Below, one piece after another: positions 62,537 to 64,000 of a stretch of DNA of 64,000 nucleotides. Each line of letters opens with the position of its first letter. Positions within the stretch are counted from its first letter, which is position 1. A program made the position numbers and the translations under genes. Origin of the DNA: an uncultured Gemmatimonadaceae bacterium (GTDB taxonomy: Bacteria > Gemmatimonadota > Gemmatimonadetes > Gemmatimonadales > Gemmatimonadaceae); the NCBI GenBank assembly GCA_963817955.1, contig CAWFQK010000001.1, forward strand, positions 352,001-416,000, written 5' to 3'. The notes under the pieces were generated by a model. It was not told the origin of the DNA. It searched no databases and saw only the letters and a list, made by a program, of their open reading frames with translations.

Positions 62537-63080
62537 ATGACTGACAGGTATCGATCGGTCGCCTTCGGGATCCGTCGCGCGACTCTTGGAGACGCCACGC
62601 TCCTCGCTGAGCTCGGCGAGCGGTTATTCGATCAGACGTTTGCTCCGCGAAAACGATGCCGAAGACATGCAGCGCTACCTCGCGCAAGCATTCTCGTCCG
62701 AGATCCAGCGCAACGAACTGTCCCACCCAAGCCGCGCCGCATGGATCGCATTCGACCCGCACGACCAGGCGATCGGCTACGCCATGCTCCGCCGTGACAG
62801 CGTCGCCAACGGCCTCACGGCAGTCAGGCCCGCCGAGGTCGAGCGCATCTACGTGGAAAGCGTCTGGCACGGGCGTGGAGTCGGCAAGGCGCTGATGCTC
62901 GCCTGCTTCCACCAAGCACACACGTGGGAGTGCGATGCGATCTGGCTCGGCGTGTGGGAGCGGAATCCGCGAGCAATCGCTTTCTACGAGAAGAGCGGGT
63001 TTCAAGCGATGGGACAACAGACGTTCGTGCTTGGCAGAGACGTTCAGAACGATATCGTCATGGCACGCCCGCTCGGGTGA
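62537..63080 (+). pseudogene. GNAT N-acetyltransferase (PaiA-like), +1 frameshift at about 62648
   Basis: The first frame reads IRRAT..DA..L..LG..LF.QTFAP. The protein continues in another frame as ENDAEDM..YL, ERIYV, GRGVGKAL and LGVWE.N..AI.FY...GF. The sequence CCG C GAA has one extra base. Confidence 0.8.
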
Positions 63081-63171
63081 GCAGGCCGGGATATTGCCAT
63101 TCGAAATACCGGCAAGCAAAGCGAGTAGAGCGGCAGCGACAGCGACAGCAGCAGCTTGGAGGGACACCTCT

Positions 63172-64000
63172 ATGCAGACGTCACCGACGCCTGGTCGCGG
63201 GAAGTTCGAGGATCATCGCGGTTCCGCGGGTGCGTTCGGAACGCTGGCGATGGGAATCGGCAGTTCGATGGTCGTGTTCGTGCTGAGTCTCTTCTTCATA
63301 CATGATTTCATCAAAGGCTCGAGCGGGAGCGCCGATCTCACGCAGCATGAGGCGGCCGGTGATGTAGGACTGATGCAGGAGACGCCGGCGGAAGCGAGCG
63401 AAGTGCAGTTCGTCACCTTCGTGCTCGACACCGCGCAGGCGCAGTGGACGCAGATTCTGTCGCGCACGACAGGCCAGCCCTGGCACAATGTCACGCTCGT
63501 TCTCTTCCGCGAGGCGACACCTACCGCCTGCGGCGTTTCGCAGACCACCACGGGGCCGTTCTACTGCGCGCGCGACAACCGCGTGTACATCGATCTCTCG
63601 TTCTACGACGAACTGCGTGATCGCTTTGGCGCGCCGGCCGACTTTGCGCAAGCCTACGTCATCGCGCACGAGCTCGGGCATCACGTGCAGCATCTGCTCG
63701 GCACCGACACCAAGGTGCACCGCCTGCAGCACGAGCATCCTGAGCAAGCAGACGCGCTCTCGGTCGCGCTGGAGCTTCAGGCGGATTGTTACGCCGGCGT
63801 GTGGGGATACTACATGCAACAGGATCAGTTATTCGAGTCGGACGACGTGGACGAAGGACTCAACGCCGCCGCCGCTGTAGGCGCCGACCGAATGCTGAAG
63901 GTGGGCCCCGACCATGCGAACACCGACACGTTCACGCACGGACTCTCGACGCAGCGGGCGACGTGGTTCAGGCGAGGGCTTTATTCGGGAGACCCCACGC
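63172..64000 (+). CDS. Neutral zinc metallopeptidase (YpfJ-like), 3'-truncated by the window edge
   Basis: GGAGG RBS and ATG 63172. My translation gives an N-terminal TM, GPFYC, VIAHELGHHVQ, ELQADCYAG and FTHG. It is absent from the ORF track because there is no stop in the window. Confidence 0.9.
   Translation, partial: MQTSPTPGRGKFEDHRGSAGAFGTLAMGIGSSMVVFVLSLFFIHDFIKGSSGSADLTQHEAAGDVGLMQETPAEASEVQFVTFVLDTAQAQWTQILSRTTGQPWHNVTLVLFREATPTACGVSQTTTGPFYCARDNRVYIDLSFYDELRDRFGAPADFAQAYVIAHELGHHVQHLLGTDTKVHRLQHEHPEQADALSVALELQADCYAGVWGYYMQQDQLFESDDVDEGLNAAAAVGADRMLKVGPDHANTDTFTHGLSTQRATWFRRGLYSGDPT

Noticed and set aside
62481..63167. Apparent 484-aa MerR fusion
   Set aside because: The upstream part is antisense to the GNAT and runs through the MerR promoter.

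Overview
GC-rich bacterial chromosomal segment. The gene content and the Gly/Arg-rich secreted proteins suggest Gemmatimonadota, but that is an inference. It is densely coding, with about 54 genes, mostly envelope, transport and housekeeping. They include: a gamma-glutamyltransferase; several lipoproteins and secreted peptidases (M28, M20, two Zn-metalloproteases); a MacB/FtsX-type permease; an ABC-2 exporter coupled to an aromatic-amino-acid-decarboxylase-like gene; a TetR-TolC-MFP-RND efflux operon plus a second, orphan RND paralog; Rrf2, LysR/YeiH and MerR(TipA/Mta) regulatory modules; a translationally coupled cls-2H phosphoesterase-PLP decarboxylase trio; ettA; a plant/chlamydial-type fabI; and a glgX-glgB-malQ-treY-glgP cluster. 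I saw no rRNA, tRNA, CRISPR array, transposase, integrase or phage gene. Two genes (ettA and a GNAT) carry single-base frameshifts, and there is one MFS remnant. The most unexplained signals are a 108-nt heptamer-built imperfect hairpin (44615-44722) with related 7-mer tandem repeats at other gene ends, the cls/2H/decarboxylase operon, and an erythromycin-esterase-family lipoprotein lacking its catalytic histidines. All product calls come from recalled motifs, not database searches. No clearly novel multi-gene system is proven from the sequence alone.
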